DNA of 64,000 nucleotides. Source: Amphiscolops sp. MND2022. Taxonomy: Eukaryota. Position 1 is the first letter of the stretch; every line of letters begins with the position of its first letter. The notes below the pieces were generated by a model. That model was not told where the DNA came from, did no database searches, and saw only the letters and a list, made by a program, of their open reading frames with translations. The stretch covers positions 36,146,001-36,210,000 of the forward strand of contig OZ076418.1 of assembly GCA_964187785.1 (NCBI GenBank), given 5' to 3'. Shown here piece by piece: positions 63,001 to 64,000 of this stretch. Made by a program: the position numbers and the translations under genes.

Positions 63001-64000
63001 AAATGAAGTGGAAGCCGACGAAGAGTTCGTCGTTAACCAAATATACGGCCTATTTGAATTCAATCGAGAGCGGGGAAGCATTAAGCGATCCACCGAACAA
63101 CTGAACGCGAGAAAGAACTTCGACCAATCACAGCACGACAAAAATACACGCGAGCAGAACTTGAACACTCATTTGTTTAAAACCTCACCGCCGCCAATTA
63201 ACGCTATCCATCGCGAATCATCAAATTCAAAAATGGACAAAGTCAATGGCATTAACATGAATTTCATTTTCAAGAAAAGGGGCCATTCCCCAGAAACCAA
63301 ACGCTTGTGGGTCGAGAGAAACCACCTACTGAAGCCGGATTGGACACGAATTGTCGGGAAAGGCAAAGAAAGTGAACGGATACAGGAGTATCGACCAAAT
63401 CAGGCCAGCAGAAAAAGAATTAGAGCTCAACATCAAAATTTACAACCGCTGCTTCCGATATTGTGAAACGCTCGAGACGACACCTCTGCTGGAATACCAG
63501 CAAAACAACAACGAATCTTGGTTGCACAACAAACAATCAGATGGAGAAAGCGAGACCAGCCACATCAAACGAGACAAGTGCCCCACAAACGCCTTAAAGA
63601 AGTTCAAGAAGCACGAAACCGTATACTTGATCCGACTTAAACAGACAGCGACAAAAAACACACTCAGCAGCGACCAAAAGGAAGGCACAGAAGAAGCCAT
63701 CAAAAGAGTGGAAAAGGATTTCGCGCTAGACATTCCACTACTTGTAGACGAAACAGCACGAGACATAAAGATGCTCAATGCAATCGCGGCCATTGAGAGC
63801 CAAGAACCGGATAGCATTTTCTATCCTTATCGTCCACACCGGTCACATTTGTCCACGAGATTTGGCCTACTGTTCTACAACGACAGGATAGTGATATCGG
63901 AGAATATGCGGACAACGGTGGTAGCTATGTTACACCACGGACATACATCGGCCGGAAAAATGGAAAAACTAGCCGAAGCCTTCTGGTGGCCAGGAATGAA
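60062..64000 (+). mobile_element. Ty3/gypsy LTR retrotransposon, runs off the right edge
   Basis: PBS TGGCGCAGTCAGC (60187-60199); gag 60215-~61140 with CRFCGK..HIC / CNNCKKMGHFAKVC; protease FIIDTGSP; RT (KIDL..AHGQ, FYGL, WLDD); RNase H (TDACNTGLGA, ELELLGA); integrase His motif HHGH..WWP near 63930-63990. Several frameshifts. 5' LTR start not defined. Confidence 0.92.
60215..62980 (+). pseudogene. gag-pro-RT-RNase H of the second gypsy (frameshifted at ~61075 and ~61740-61800)
   Basis: Overlapping ORFs 60215-61159, 61030-61848 and 61670-62980 carry consecutive domains. Confidence 0.85.

Overview
AT-rich, intron-rich eukaryotic (animal) genomic DNA. The repeat families and the PAN/Apple-lectin gene recall acoel flatworms, but that is inference only. 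Three host-type genes can be assembled by splice-site and phase matching: (i) the 3' part of an unidentified 10-exon gene (+, 324-7229); (ii) a secreted PAN/Apple + C-type-lectin gene broken by two inserts (-, 11986-13753); (iii) a 15-exon CASP (CUX1-related golgin) gene lacking only its first exon (-, 27628-39473). Most of the rest is mobile DNA: a full-length decayed Ty3/gypsy element with both LTRs and TSD (14309-19540), a decayed APE-LINE, a near-intact PHD-ORF1 CR1/L2-group LINE (40469-~44450), a BEL/Pao element (45086-54898) inserted into a CRE-like RLE retroelement and itself carrying nested Mutator-like foldbacks, a 1.15-kb post-insertion duplication, a hAT relic, HINE-like and MITE repeats, tRNA-derived SINE heads, and a second gypsy running off the right edge. 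The best leads are: the young LINE whose ORF1 and AUG-less ORF2 are in frame and separated by a single UGA in the UGA-CUAG readthrough context; a GGGCACTAG-containing core shared by five foldback elements with unrelated arms; a frame-restoring GC-AG insert in the lectin gene; and a gypsy RT with WLDD instead of YxDD.
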